A stretch of 23,273 bases of DNA from positions 1 through 23,273 of the forward strand of contig JAQGDQ010001857.1 of the NCBI GenBank assembly GCA_030141605.1, written 5' to 3'. The stretch is from Tubiluchus corallicola. Its lineage: Eukaryota > Animalia > Priapulida. Made by a program: the position numbers and the translations under genes. This document shows, one piece after another, positions 22,478 through 23,273 of the stretch. Within the stretch, counting starts at the first letter, position 1. The number at the start of each line of letters is the position of its first letter. The notes under the pieces were generated by a model. It searched no databases. It worked only from the letters and a program-made list of their open reading frames with translations, and was not told the origin of the DNA.

Positions 22478-23273
22478 AACTTCTTATTAATAAACAATTT
22501 GGTTTCAGAAAAGGTAGCTCCACTGAAATAGCCTTAACAAAAATTATAGAAAATATCATTAATACTGTTGAAAAAAATGGCACATCCTACGGAGTATTTT
22601 GCGACCTATCAAAAGCATTTGATACAGTAAACCATGACATTCTGCTAAATAAGTTGTACTATTATGGTATCAGAGGTTTGCCTCATATGTGGCTAAAGAA
22701 TTATTTGACAGGGTGCACTCAGACAGTAAAATATAATAACGCTTTTTCAGATGTAGCACCAATCAAATGTGGCGTGCCCCAAGGCTCAGTCCATGGGCCA
22801 CTACTTTTTTCTAATTTATATTAATGACATCAAATTTGGTGTTAAAAATCACAATTTATTTCAGTTTGCTAATGATACAAGCATTTTTTTAACTTCCATA
22901 AAATGGAAATCAATATTGACTACATAAATGCAGTTCTACATGATCTAGCTATATGGTTTAAAACAAATAAACTGTCACTAAATTCATCAAAAACAAAAAA
23001 AAACATTCTGTTTATATCCCGAAATAAACCAATTCAGGCGAACTACGATTTAATAATAGACCATAAAAGAATTACACGTGTAAAAGAACTGAAATTTCTG
23101 GGATTAATACTGAATGATCATCTAGACTGGCGACCACATGTATTCATGATCAGATTGAAAATATCAAAAAATATAGGTATCATCTCATATATTAAAAACT
23201 TTCTGAACACCGAACATCTTCTAACATTATACAACAGTTTAATATTATCATATTTAAATTACTGCACAACATC
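22478..23273 (+). mobile_element. 5'-truncated, inactivated non-LTR retrotransposon (CR1/L2/Crack-type LINE) reverse transcriptase fragment; runs off the window
   Basis: RT motifs QFGFR, VFCDLSKAFDTVNH and GVPQGSVHGPLLF; after a frameshift near 22810, LIYIND...FAND (degenerate YADD); back in frame WFKTNKLSLNSSKT, KFLGLILNDHLDW, LYNSLILSYLNYC. Confidence 0.93.

Noticed and set aside
22369-22824. Intact 151-aa protein gene
   Set aside because: The first ~36 residues are unrelated flank read into a truncated, frameshifted LINE RT.

Overview
AT-rich eukaryotic DNA, most likely from an invertebrate animal; it is not prokaryotic. The window is mostly intron. It carries three small + strand coding exons (6811-6848, 10793-10889, 17138-17233) that splice in frame to [77 protein letters not shown], the N-terminus and most of RRM1 of a TIA1/TIAL1(TIAR)-family RNA-binding protein. 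The supplied ORF track misses this gene entirely. The introns and upstream DNA are packed with repeats: a 37 x 57-bp minisatellite, a ~30 x 49-bp GU-rich minisatellite, a compound pentanucleotide array whose unit changes one base at a time, several MITEs (hAT with an 8-bp TSD, a foldback type, Harbinger-like, Tc1/mariner-like), non-autonomous Helitron pieces, and a 5'-truncated, frameshifted CR1/L2-group LINE RT at the right end. I found no CRISPR array, RNA gene or clearly novel protein system. The best leads concern possible splicing autoregulation of the TIA gene and the evolution of the repeats; these are hypotheses.
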